Assembly (NCBI RefSeq): GCF_009914755.1
Contig: NC_060944.1
DNA from: the human T2T-CHM13v2.0 reference genome, Homo sapiens
Reading direction: 5' to 3' (one strand)
DNA length: 64,000 nt
Shown here: positions 46,481-60,410 of the stretch, one piece after another
Layout: every line of letters begins with the position of its first letter
Numbering within the stretch: position 1 is the stretch's first letter
Program-made: the position numbers and the translations under genes
Notes under the pieces: generated by a model
Told to the model about the DNA's origin: nothing
The model's database searches: none
The model's input: the letters and a program-made list of their open reading frames with translations, nothing else

Positions 46481-46628
46481 CTTGTAGCTCCTCTTCTGTC
46501 TCCTCTTCATCTTCACTAGAGGAAGCTAAGTAGGCTTGAAAATCCATGTCCAAAAGCTCTTCCTTTTTAAACTTCCTGTTGAGCATTGTAATTCTTTCAT
46601 GATCAGTCTCATCCCAAGTGATTTCCAC
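46481..46628 (-). CDS. ESF1: ESF1 exon 8
   Basis: ggtgaaag|GTGGAA...CAAG|gtattg; 148 nt; VEITWDETDHERITMLNRKFKKEELLDMDFQAYLASSSEDEEETEEELQG. Confidence 0.95.
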
Positions 46629-46899
46629 CTTTCACCAACAAATAAGAAAAAATAACACACGAAAATGGAAATGTCAGCTCAAACTTGTTAAAGAATATAT
46701 ACTATTAACCTGGATGTTTAACAGTAAGTTAAAAGTTAAGACACATTAAAACAAATACATGAATGATATGATTAATAAATAGTATCCTATTTGTGAAAAT
46801 GGAACCATTTCTATTAACTTGTACCTCCTCCCAATTCTCTGCTATCTACAGGATACTCCATCACTGACAGTAAAAATTAACCAGTGTCTAAATTAATTA

Positions 46900-47249
<350 letters not shown>

Positions 47250-48045
47250 GTTAACATTATGAATCAGTGAAAACATGTTTTTTCACCTGGAGTTCTAAGA
47301 TTTCAGGAAATCTGCAAACTATATGAAATCTGTTGCTAAAACAAGACAATCTCAGTGGGGTCCATTTTAAAAAAAGATTAAGAACCACTGATGAGAAAAG
47401 CATCTATTAGTTGGAAGTAGTTTAAACCTCCATGATACATGAATTCATCTATGACATGACTGATGTGGTGATGACTGGCTCCTGCCCTGTACATAGCCCC
47501 TATTCTCATATAAGGCCCTGCCAGATATTTTATCTTCATCATAGGGTAGATCCACATCCATTTTAAGAGATCCTTAAAATCACTGCCACCTGTCTCAGAA
47601 ATTCCAGCTAGTCAGAGGATTCAGAAATGATCCCTATTCTGACAATTAAGCCTGAGCTGATAACCACCAAACCACTGTTGGAACTAGGACAGATGTTGAT
47701 GATACAGCCAGGACCCAGGAACTTTAGACTGGCTGGCTGGACAGGCTGGCCCTGATCATTATGTTGGTTCTGAAAATAACATGACTTTAATTTCATGTGA
47801 CTGAATTTTTTAGACTTTGCTTACTATGTAATGGTAGAGTTTTACTACACCCAGTAACTAATCAATGCCATACAGTGCCCACCATGGCATAGCAGGTGAC
47901 AGATACAGCTACTCTCTCTGCTACCAGTCCCTCCTCAGAGAAGCACGGTGATTTATCACACAGGAAAAGCAGAGGGAAGCTAGTGTGGCTACTGCAGAGT
48001 ACAGCTGTGGACAGAAAGGTTATTGGGAGAAAGAAAAAGGAGAAG

Positions 48046-48627
<582 letters not shown>

Positions 48628-48779
48628 AAAAGGGAGAAGGTAGTCACCTAAGTAATAAACTAATTCAATAGACAAAAACCTTTTGGCTATTTGTTACTAA
48701 GCATTAATGTGACATCTATTATACCTTAATTATTCCATATCAATTCTTTTTACAGTTTTGAATCATCTGCAGAAAAAGG

Positions 48780-49062
48780 TACTCCTATTTTAAATTTTCA
48801 CTAGTTTTGTTTAACTGTGCTGGGAGGTAATTCATTATCCACTTCCCCTTATTCCCTAGGATATTAATAACTGATGTATTAGAGTGTATAGGAGATACTC
48901 TTATTTTAAATTTTCCCTAGTTTCATTTAACTGTGCGGGGAGGTAATTTATTATCCACTTCCCCTTATTCCTTAGGATATTAATAACTGATTTATTAGAG
49001 TGTATAGGAAAGACAGAAGAGTGTATAGGAGAGACAGAAGAGTGTACAGGAAAGACAGAAGA
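48780..49062. repeat. 116-bp tandem duplication followed by three copies of a 21-bp repeat
   Basis: Copies at 48780-48895 and 48896-49011; agagtgtataggaaagacaga x3 at 48997-49059. Confidence 0.9.
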
Positions 49063-49207
49063 GAAAAAAGAAACATCAGCAGATAACTGACACAGGCTTA
49101 AATGCGTAACAAGAATCTGAAAACAGGTTCACAGATATGGTAGAGGCAGACACGCTTGTGTCTCATTTCTCTCTGTACCCATGCATTAAAAATTTTGAAT
49201 ACTTTGA

Positions 49208-49512
49208 GGCTGGGAGCAGTGGCTCACGAAACCTGTAATCCCAGCACTTTGGGAAGCCAAGGCGGCCTCACTTGAGGTCAGGAGTTCAAGACCAGCCTGG
49301 TCAACATGGCGAAACACTGTCCCTAGTAAAAATACAAAAATTAGCCAGGTGTAGTGGTACACACCTGTAATCCCAGCTACTTGGGCAGCTGAGGCACGAG
49401 AATCGCTTCAACCTGTGAGGCAGAGGTTACAGTGAACTGAGATCATACCACTGCACTCCAGCCTGGGTGAGAGAGCGAGACTCTGTCTCAAGAAAAAATA
49501 ATAACAAAAAAA
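49208..49512 (+). mobile_element. AluS, ~100 bp from the exon 7 donor
   Basis: Full Alu. Confidence 0.92.
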
Positions 49513-49610
49513 TTAATACTTTCCATTTTTAAAGATGCTATAAGTAATATACAAAATCTCTTCATAAAGCAATAGAGTCCAGCTACATATTTTTTAAAGT
49601 AAAGAAATAC

Positions 49611-49725
49611 CGTTGATGTTCCCATTGCAGCAGAAGTGAAATATTTTGGTTTATATGCTGTTAAATTCACTTCTGAGGCTACATCCTTAGGCTCATCATC
49701 AAAAGTAATATCATCTGGTATAAAC
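49611..49725 (-). CDS. ESF1: ESF1 exon 7
   Basis: ttcttag|GTTTATA...TCAACG|gtattt; 115 nt; FIPDDITFDDEPKDVASEVNLTAYKPKYFTSAAMGTST. Confidence 0.95.
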
Positions 49726-50072
49726 CTAAGAAGTAAAGAAAAAAAATTTATTTAAAATACGCTGCAGTGATAACCACAGTTTAGATTCTCATCTAATTAG
49801 TTGTAGTTTATACATACACAAACTTTCTAAAAGACACACGTTTAAGAGACAATGTTAGACATAACCTTTGTATATTTCTGAATGAATTCATCTTTGTATA
49901 AATTTCTGAAATTCATAAGCTATAACTCTGTAATTCCACTAAATTTAAAAGAATGCTGTATAGATAGAAATCGTGCATTAGGAGTCAGTTAATGAGTCAG
50001 GTGCAAGCACATGTGGGTCCCTCACGTTTCAAAAAGATCCAGACTTCTGATAGTGCAGTCATTGACTACATG

Positions 50073-50352
50073 ATTTTGTTGTTGTTTTTACAGAGAGGGT
50101 CTTGCTCCATCACCCAGGTTGGAGGTCCATGGCATAATCATGGCTCACTGAAGTCTCAACGGCCTGGGCTCAAGCGATCCTCTACAGGTGTGCGCCAACA
50201 TGCCTGGCTAATTTTTACTTTTAAAATTTTTTGTAGAGACAGGGTCTCACTATGTTGCCCAGGCTGGTCTTGAACTCCTGGGTTCAAGCGATCTTCCTGC
50301 CTAGGCCTCCCAAAGTGCTGGGATTATAGGCGTGAGCTACTATGCCCAGCTG
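50073..50352 (-). mobile_element. AluJ
   Basis: Diverged Alu with a deletion. Confidence 0.88.
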
Positions 50353-50507
50353 GCTATATTGTATTTTGAAGATCAAATATAATTATTAATGGGTAAGCAT
50401 TGTGAATACAAAGTATCATATACATGAGGTGTCACTGAAAACAAGGGAAAGCTTAAGGTTGAGTCTTACAATTTCCTAATTGTACATTTAGCCATTTACA
50501 TTTAGAG

Positions 50508-50665
50508 CAGTGTTGTCCAACAGAACTTTCTGTGACAAGGGCAATGTTCTATATCTGCTCTGTCCAAAATGGAACAATTATTTGAAATATGACTACGCAA
50601 CTGACTTATAAATTTTAACTAAAATAACCAAATATGACTAGTGGCTACTATACTGGATAGCATGG
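50508..50665 (+). mobile_element. MER3 (hAT-Charlie)
   Basis: cagtgttgtccaacagaactttctgtgac...gttctatatctgctctgtccaa...ctagtggctactatactggatag. Confidence 0.78.
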
Positions 50666-51034
50666 ATCTAGAGATAACAATCTGTTTTCAAATTCCTCTG
50701 CCCCTTCCTCCATGCATTTTTAAAAGTTAACTTCATCTGGTTCCTAGCTCTAAAAGCAGTTGCAAGGAAATATTATTGTGTAAGGTACACCATCTTAAAA
50801 ACAGAGCCAATATGTCTGAAAGGACAAAGATGTGGGGATGATTCATACATAATACTTTAGCACTGTCTTGTTTGTTTTCTTTCTTAGGAGTGATGTTCCA
50901 TGGGATAGAGTTAACCGAAAAGCAAAAAAATCATTTTAGAATATAAAACAGAGATCACTACCAGTTCAAATATTTTACTTCTTATAATCATGTTGTACTA
51001 AAAGATTAAATTGGTAATACATACACTGGATTAC

Positions 51035-51187
51035 CTTAGATCTATGAAAGAACAACTACTTTCAAATTCCAGGCCATCACAATCCTCATAAATTTTACTA
51101 GCTGTTTCCGGAGAATCACAGTCTACTACTGCATAATAGTACTTCAGTCGTTTGAATTGATAATCTCTCAATTTTTCTCTAGACGTC
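51035..51187 (-). CDS. ESF1: ESF1 exon 6
   Basis: ctttag|GACGTCT...CTAAG|gtaatc; 153 nt; [51 protein letters not shown]. Confidence 0.95.
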
Positions 51188-51738
51188 CTAAAGTGGGAAA
51201 AACTTATTAAGCATACTTATACAGAAACACAAAAATTTCCCTTTAAAAAATAAATGTAATTCTTTCAAGAAAAACATATTACAAGCTGGCCTTCATACCA
51301 AACCATCTTTCCTTCATGACTTTGCCTTTATAAACATTAAATACTTAAGCTCAACTTATTATTCTCACAAGGTACAGATATTTGGATTGGAATTTGGTAT
51401 CTAGGAAAGGAGTGTGTGGGAATTCGTGTGTTTATCTATAATTTAACTCACAGAATAGTTACTTTGCTATTACACACTGCCTTCTCAAGTAAAACCAATA
51501 AAGATAATTCTATTATAAAATATGCTAGAAAACCATTAGCTAAAAGACATTCCTGATCTTGCAAAATGTTTGCTTAAGAGTCTATAAGTTTGATTTTGCT
51601 TAACTACAACACATTCTTTTTTTTTTTTTTTTTTTAAGGTTCCACACAAAGCACTGATACAACTCTTTCTTTGAAGGTCTTCATCTGCTCTCTCCTGTCA
51701 CTAATCTATTTAACCCTCATTTTTATTAAGTGCAAATA

Positions 51739-51757
51739 TAGCTCCACCTAGTGGCTT
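51739..51757 (-). promoter_or_regulatory. Candidate CTCF binding motif in ESF1 intron 5
   Basis: aagCCACTAGGTGGAGCta closely matches the CTCF core CCAC(C/T)AG(G/A)(G/T)GGC(G/A)C in otherwise AT-rich unique sequence. Confidence 0.6.
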
Positions 51758-52217
51758 AAAAACTATCTTAAATTATTTTCTATATTGCACCATGATGATA
51801 AAAAAAAAAGTTTTATCATTCTTTCACTTTTCTATTTGATTCTCAAATAAGAAAAAATTATATAATTTGAAGGCAAACAGAGCTTCAATGATGTCTCAAA
51901 AAAAAAAGCAAAACGTACTAATTCAGAGCAACGAGGCTGAAAGAATTCAAAAGAACTCCAAATCAGTTTAATCATGAAATGTTTTTCAAAAACTGCAATA
52001 ATTACTTTCATGAATACAGAAATAGAAATATACACGAACAAAAATCTTCTTGGAATAATGTACCACTTTTAACAGACTTTAAATCTGTTTTGCAACCTGT
52101 TTTAACCACGAATGGCACAAGTATAAACTTTAGTTTTAACTATTAAGGTGACCAGAATTCTGAACTAATGACATGAATTTATGAGGTTTAGTTTTATGTT
52201 CTATAGTGATTTAATAC

Positions 52218-52318
52218 CAGTCTTTTTCTGGGGCATCTTCAGGAATACTTAATAGCTCTACTGGTCCTTGAACTTGCTCTTCCTTCATCCTCTCCTTTCC
52301 AAATTCTGAAGGATATAT
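52218..52318 (-). CDS. ESF1: ESF1 exon 5
   Basis: ctgtttag|ATATAT...GACTG|gtatta; 101 nt; IYPSEFGKERMKEEQVQGPVELLSIPEDAPEKDW; not in the ORF track, found by reading the sequence. Confidence 0.95.
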
Positions 52319-53429
52319 CTAAACAGAAAAAAATAGGATCAATGTAATTTGTACATTCCTTTACACAAATATCTAGACCTGTCGAAGTCAGGAACTCTAA
52401 AAGTCACAACTTGACTCAATGAAAACAGTAAGGGTGACTCACTTCCAAATCCACTATAGGAAGCTAGAGCATCTTGAGAAATTTTATTTAAAAATAGATC
52501 ACTTTGGCTAGAGACTAACAAGATACGAGGCTTGGAAACAAAAATAAGAGTATCTCCTCCACATACCACCTGGGACAAGATGGTTCCGAGATCCAAACGA
52601 AAAATTAAAAGCAAAACAAGATGCTAAGCTCAAGGAAATGTGAATAAAAACACACACATGAAAAATGACTGAATTAGTTTACATGAAATACAGAAAAATA
52701 AACATATAATGAAGATCAATTTTGTAATAACCAACTTATCTCTGTCATACCATTTATCCAGTGCTTTCTTTTAAAGAAATAGAACAGAACTGACGACAAC
52801 CTTATACAGATTAGGTATAGTCTCGATATAAGAAAAAGAATTCACTCTCACCAGGTGTGGTATCTTCTAAAATCTTGCCTACTTTAAGAGTCAAGAAATA
52901 ATTGTATTAATGACATTGTTTTGATACTACTAGGCTTAATATACATTTGTTAATGAACACATGCTTTTTTAAACTGTCTGAAATATGCAATTTATCAACA
53001 AGATGATCCAAGTTTTTCTTACTAACTTGAATAGTATATACACAATAGGTTTAATATGTAAGTTTATAATATATATGTAGTCACATCTTTTGATTCTTTT
53101 TTTTCCTCTTTTCTAAGTCTAGAAATTCTCACTATTGCCTAAAACACAGGGTTTTTAAATTGTTTCTTTGGCTTGACTTTTAATTTTTTTTTCCTTTGCT
53201 TCATCTAGAATTTCGCTGGAGCTATTAGGAGGTGAAGATCTGAACCAAGTTCTCTAACCAATGACCTGTTCATTTGTCCAAATATTCAAGCAGCCTATTT
53301 TGATCTAAGTTATCATATGAACTCTTTCTATCTATTCTGTTCTACCAATTTGTCCCATTTTTACCCAAACCTGTCAACCCCCATAGCATCATGAAATGTT
53401 TAGATATTGTAACTTGTAGGGTGAGTTTT

Positions 53430-53463
53430 TACACTTGATCTTAGCCAAAAGGCCGAGAAGCGA
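53430..53463 (-). pseudogene. Tailless 3'-truncated U2 snRNA retrocopy (U2 nt ~2-35)
   Basis: Reverse complement TCGCTTCTCGGCCTTTTGGCTAAGATCAAGTGTA matches the U2 5' end; flanked by direct repeat agggtgagttttt (53418-53430, 53465-53477). Confidence 0.92.
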
Positions 53464-53516
53464 CAGGGTGAGTTTTTATATTAGCATGATTTCTCAAAAG
53501 TTTATTAGCTAGTCTA

Positions 53517-53821
<305 letters not shown>

Positions 53822-53955
53822 CTACTCTTAATTTGTTTATTCTTTTAGATGATTATTGGTATCCTTTTTCTTAACTTTGACTTGAACTGGGATTTTGATC
53901 AAAATTACCCTAGAACAGTAGACATAACATCTTTAAATATTTAAACAGAATAATA

Positions 53956-54172
53956 CAGGTTGAGCATCCCAAATCCCAAATCCAAAATGCTCCAAAATTC
54001 CAAACTTTTTGACTGTCAACGTGAGGTTCAAAGGAAACGCTCATTGGCGCATTTCAGATTTTGGAATTGCGATGCTCATCCAGTAAGTATATATAATGCA
54101 ATTTTATTTCAAAATCTGAAATTCTAAACACTTCTGATCCCAAGCATTTTGGATAAGGGAGACTCAATCTCT
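53956..54172 (+). mobile_element. Tigger4a/MER46 MITE
   Basis: caggttgagcatccc...tccaaaatgctccaaaa...cccaagcattttggataagggagactcaa. Confidence 0.8.
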
Positions 54173-54868
54173 AATAATGATTGAGGGCAGGGCTATTTCA
54201 GGCACTGCACTAAATACTTAGTTCAAGCTCCTTTATACTTAATCCTTACAATCACCAATACTATTGTTATATCCATTTGGATATATTGGAAAGATGTAAA
54301 CATACTTGAGAGATTAATTAAGTGTCCAGGATCACATAACACTTACGAGAATCAAGATTTGAACCCAGGTCTGCAATAATGCAAAGCCTGGATTCTTAAT
54401 TATTAGGTTGGCTTGAAATATGGTATCCTCAAAATTTATGTAAGTTTTTCAAATTTATCAAGTGTTACAGTTTACTTCACATAGGTCATTTGTGTTTATT
54501 AAGGTAATTTCCAAGAACTTTATGTGGTTTTGTTTCTAGTATAATTAGATTTTTTCCTTAATTGGCCAGTGTTAGCAATAAGGAATGCAATTTATTGTTA
54601 AAAACACTTCTTATATGCTGTCCCTTTACTGAGCTTTTATTTCTTTGGATTTTTAATGTGTAAACAATCATATAACCTATCAATAATAATAATTTCACCT
54701 CTTCCTTTCTAACATTTATACCTGTTACATAAGTTTCACACTCAATTGGATTGGACAACTTCCACAGTATTTTCCTAAAAAGGAAAACTATGGCCAAAAA
54801 AAAAAAAAAAATCAGATTTAACTTAAAATGCCTAGAAATATTTATTTCAAAATGAAATCAATTCTCAC

Positions 54869-54982
54869 CTTGACGGAAAATATTACACCTCCTTTGGGTT
54901 TAAATGAATTGAACAGAGCCAGCAAATCTTTTGCCTTTAATCTATCCCAGTCCATGTTACAAACTGCTAATCGACGTGTAAT
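54869..54982 (-). CDS. ESF1: ESF1 exon 4 (start of the conserved RRM-like region)
   Basis: tctcag|ATTACA...GTCAAG|gtgaga; 114 nt; [38 protein letters not shown]. Confidence 0.97.
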
Positions 54983-55584
54983 CTGAGAAATGAGAAGAAT
55001 TAAATAGTACATAATCCATATCATTCTCAATACTTGAAAAATAAAGATTCTAAAAATGTAACGCCTTCTGTCCCCTATGCTCTGAAATTAATAGTACAGG
55101 AGTTATCTAAGCGTAATTCAGTATATAAAAGAGAACTTCAAATGAGCCAAACAATAGTAAAACCATAACAGGTAAGTACTTTCTCTTACTTGGTTCTTAA
55201 TTCTTAAATCAGAACATGATCATGAGCTGATTTTTTAACCACCAAGTTTGTTCAGCTATTTTGCCATGCATGCATGAGTAAGGAAGTTGAGTATGTTACC
55301 CTGCAACATTTCTTTTGGGTGCCGTACAAACAGAAATACAAACTACTAGCTAAAACAAGTATTAAAAATTTCATGCAACTTTTAATTATTTATGTAGAGC
55401 CTCTTCTTATCTGCTTGGACGTCTTCTAGTTCATATAATTATATTCCATATCAAATTTTAATCAGAATCATAAAGAATACTATTACCAATAAGCTTTTCC
55501 CACTTAATGACATCAGTTCTACCAGCCATAAAAGCTGCTTGTACTGTGTTTTTCACAAATAATCTTGTTTATTCAAAAGGTTAC

Positions 55585-55982
55585 CTCATCAGCACGAGGA
55601 GCATCTTTATCTAATTCTCTCCAAGCATGCTCAAAACCAGATTCTTCTGGAAACAAATCTGCCGTATCATCTTCATCTTCAGAACTAGTTTCTATATTTC
55701 CTTTACCCCTTGCAAGATCAGGGCCACTGTCACTTTTATCATCATCCTCACTATCCTCATCTTCATCCTCCTCTTCATCTTCATCCTCCTCTTCATCATC
55801 TTCACTTCCATCGTCATCACCTGAAGCTCTACCAACACTTGTAATTTCATTTTCAGATTCCTCATCACTTCCTATTTCACTAACGCTTTCTGAATCTTCC
55901 TCCAGAGCATCTTTGTCACACATTTCACCATCTGTTGAGTTTTCATAACCATCACTGTCTCTTGTCATTATGAGTTGAACCA
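55585..55982 (-). CDS. ESF1: ESF1 exon 3 (acidic D/E-rich region)
   Basis: ttttgcag|TGGTT...GATGAG|gtaacc; 398 nt, phase 1 to 0; VVQLIMTRDSDG...DKDAPRADE. Confidence 0.97.
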
Positions 55983-56249
55983 CTGCAAAATGTTAAAGGG
56001 GAAAGAAATTAAGAAAAGATATATGCTGAATTAAACTGAATCCAAATTATCTTGACATCAACTCCAGTAAAAATATAATTTCTATGAAACACAGTAAAGA
56101 CAAATATATATTCAGTAAATGCTTAGTCAATTTTTATGATAGAAATCCTAACCATAACTTCTATGAAACAGAGTAAAGGAAAATACACTTAACCAAGTTA
56201 TTTAATGGAAATCCTAACACATGCTCACATCACGCAAGTAGATCCAGAC

Positions 56250-57290
56250 ATTCATTCAATACTTAACAGTGTGCCTGCTACGTGCTAAGTGCTCAATATA
56301 CAACAGTTGGTAAAAGAGAAGCAAACAGTGCTCTCAGTGAAACTTCTAGCTGAGTGAAAAGAATACATGGATATCAAATAAAATCAATATATAGGAAAAG
56401 TTAAAATCACAACTAAGATATCCCAGAAAGAATGTTTTCTAAGGGGATTTAATGGGGTCCCTAAGTGAGTGATAACTGAGCTGTTACTTGAAGGATGAAC
56501 AGGAGTTAAATAGTCAAAGTTAGACTAATAGATGGAAATTTGTTTGAAAGAGCAAGGAAGGTACCTGTAAAAATCTGCCAATAGGAAAAAGCCAACCATC
56601 ATGTCCAGATCACAGATAGCACAGAATCAAGTAACAAATGGAAATGAAGAGTTAAGTAGAGGCCAAGCTATCAAAAAACCATATAGAGAGCTTGGACTTT
56701 TTCATAAAAGCAATGGGAAGACACTGCTGTTTTCAAAAAAGAGGATGTCATCTTCTTTTGGATATTGTCATCCTCAGACTTGCATATTGAGGAGATCACC
56801 TTGACTATACTGTAGAAAACTGACTTGGGAAAGTAAAGAACAGATGTGAATATAGTAAAGGTAGTACAGTACAAAAAGCAAGAAATGAAGGTAGCACTAA
56901 GTTGGGTGGCAGTATGTATGCAGAGATGTACATGGATTTCAGAGTCAGTCAGGAAGTGAAACCAATAATTACCGACTGGAGATTTGACACGGGGACTGGG
57001 AGTTTTGGAAGTGTCAAAGATGAGTCATAGCTTCTTAGCTTTCAGAGCTAGTTAGCTAAGAAGATGGAAAGATGAAAAGGGAACACTGGAAATGAACTAG
57101 TTTGTTTGGTGGAGGGAAATCATGAGCTCAGTTTTGAATATGTTGAATACGAAGTGCCACTCAGTCATCTAAAAGAAAGTATCAATAATAAGAGTGTACA
57201 GCTCAGAGAAGTCTGGGTTGGAGATCAGTGACTCATTCATACGCAGTTGACAACAGAAGCTGTGATGTGGATGAGATCACCTATAAAGAT
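56250..57290 (-). mobile_element. L2 relic
   Basis: cattcattcaatactt...tgcctgctacgtgctaagtgct...gagctcagttttgaatatgttgaa...gatgagatcacc. Confidence 0.55.
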
Positions 57291-58478
57291 AGAGAAATAA
57301 TATTTATACTTTTTCTGCCAGGTCTTGAACTTTGTAATCAACTGTCATGATTAGCAATACACCAAGATTGAAAGACTGTTTTTGCTTAAGATGGAAATTT
57401 TAGTCCTCACAACTCTGAAAGGGCTCATTTCCTACTTCTAAAGCAATCACAGGCTTCTATCTACTTGGTGTGTAGATATATCTTACGTGTTTTACTCATC
57501 TTTAAGTTGGAGCTTATGTTTCTGCTTACAGGCTCTAAGTTTGGAAAATTAAAAGCAAATTTAAAAGTTCAAGATTTAGAATGAAATTGGAACTAATTTT
57601 CTCTTGGTCCTATAATCTTATAATAGTTATTCACTGACCAAATATTTACTGAGTATCTACTACATACAAAGAATTGAGCTAGGATAAGGGAAAAGAGAGA
57701 AGATTTGTAACACGATCTCATGCTCTTGATGGATTCATAAATAAAAGGTAACCATTTACTGATTTATAAATCTATGTTCTCAATCACCATACAGTGAGAG
57801 ACATCTAAATTTGCCTGCAGAGAGGTATTTATAAAAAGGCTTCACAAAGATACAACTTGACTTGAGACTAACTGAATGAAAAGGCATCTTGTTAGAAGGA
57901 AAAGCAGGAAATGGGCTTTTATGTTACCACCACAACGAAGCAGGGATTAATAAAAATAACTAGCCAATAGAAGTGAAAAGCGCCAAAATGAAAGCATTGT
58001 CACAGGTTCTATATATGAGATCTGAAAAACACAACATTGAAAGTTACTATGAGGTAAGCAGAATTTACTTTTAAGCAACAAGCTTAGAAATAACATCTTA
58101 CAGACCCAGTCTATCTAGTATTGCAATATTTCTCAACTGTCAGTCATTATACCATTTTCATGATTTTTGAATATCATTTTTTTTATTAAATTGAATTTTT
58201 TAAAAGTTAGTTTTGCTCTAAACAATATTCCTAAAGTCACAGAAGTGATAGGGTAATTACATTGTTTTCTAAGATGTTGACACAGTACATAACTATTAAT
58301 ATTTTAGAAGTTTGAGTATCATCAAAAATCTTCTCACTTATGACAATGGTACACATACCACACTTTGGGTTATATAATAATAAAGTGTTGCATAAGAGAC
58401 TTAAAGAGGTCTTCCATTTCAATGTTTTTAACAATATCAACTGCATTCAGAGTATTTATTCATTCAATAAGTATCTGC

Positions 58479-58839
<361 letters not shown>

Positions 58840-59192
58840 TTACACAAATATAAATGTCTCTATTCCTAGACAGTATTGCTCTAGTAGTGACTGTAAACAT
58901 TACTACTTATCCAGCTACTTCAAACAAAAAACAAAAAAAAACCAAAAAAACTGCTTTACCATTTTCCCCCAATTATAAACATAATGAATGATCATTACAA
59001 ACCAAAAAAAGTTAGGAAAATATGGTTAATAAATAAAACAAAGGTGACTAGCAGTAATTTTTCATTCAAAGATAACTGGTTATTTTAGTATACAACCATA
59101 TCCCTAAATTTCTTTTCTTTAATTTAAATACTAATTTGTTTAAAATAACTGGTCATATCGTTATTTTGGAACCTATTTTTAAAACTTCATAG

Positions 59193-59548
<356 letters not shown>

Positions 59549-60309
59549 AGTTACCGTTTTATTTTAAAAATAATGCTGCAATGCACATTCTTTGCACACA
59601 TCCAATTATTTATGTAAAATAGATTCTGAGGAGTGCAAGTGCTGGGCATGAACATTTCATGATGACAAATATCACACTGCAAGTCCTCACATCACCTTTA
59701 CTTCACAGCACTTAAAAAGGCCCTTGCACACAGTAATTGCTGTAATAACTGATGAATGGATAATGAACAGAAGATTATATATGGAGCCGTGTAATCCTTA
59801 TTTATGAGTAATGCCTTTCCTAGACTGTGGAACCAACAAAATTACTGCAAACAATGTGGTGGGGTAGAAGGAGTCAGAAGACTTGAGTTGCAGTTCCAGG
59901 TCTGCATGTCCTTACATAAGTCACTTTAATCTTGTTCGCTGATACAGTCTTATTGCTCAAGGTAACTAAGAAAATTAAATGAGAAAAGATATGTAAAAAA
60001 GTCTGTAAAATCAATCTAAAGGATTATATAGCTATGTTATATTAATTCAGTGCCCCAAATGAAGTGGATGCTAGACTAACTTACCTCACTAATTCAGTGT
60101 CAAATCAACTTTGCTGCCGGTCCCATTCCAATCTTATTCTTCAATTTTAGTAACCGGATTCCTATCCTTTCTTCCCACACCTCAAGAGGTCTGCTGCCTG
60201 GTTCCACTACAAATGTAAAATGGGATACCACCACTGACTCCCTAGTCCTTGCTATCCAGAATTCACTCCACTGCCTGATACCTTCTACCCTCACAGTGTG
60301 ATCTCTGCT

Positions 60310-60410
60310 TATCAAGACCTCTTGGCCTATCAAAACCTCTTGGCCTATCAAGAACTCTTGGGCTATCAAGACCTCTTGGCCTATCAAGACCTCTCGGCCT
60401 ATCAAGACCC
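60310..60410. repeat. 18-bp minisatellite (tatcaagacctcttggcc), ~5.6 copies
   Basis: Units start at 60310, 60328, 60346, 60364, 60382 and 60400. Confidence 0.93.

Noticed and set aside
55565-55948. 127-aa Ser-rich plus-strand ORF
   Set aside because: Antisense shadow of the GAN-rich acidic ESF1 exon 3.
60310-60410. Regularly spaced repeats resembling a CRISPR array or a repeat-protein gene
   Set aside because: Head-to-tail units without unique spacers in a primate intron; this is a minisatellite.
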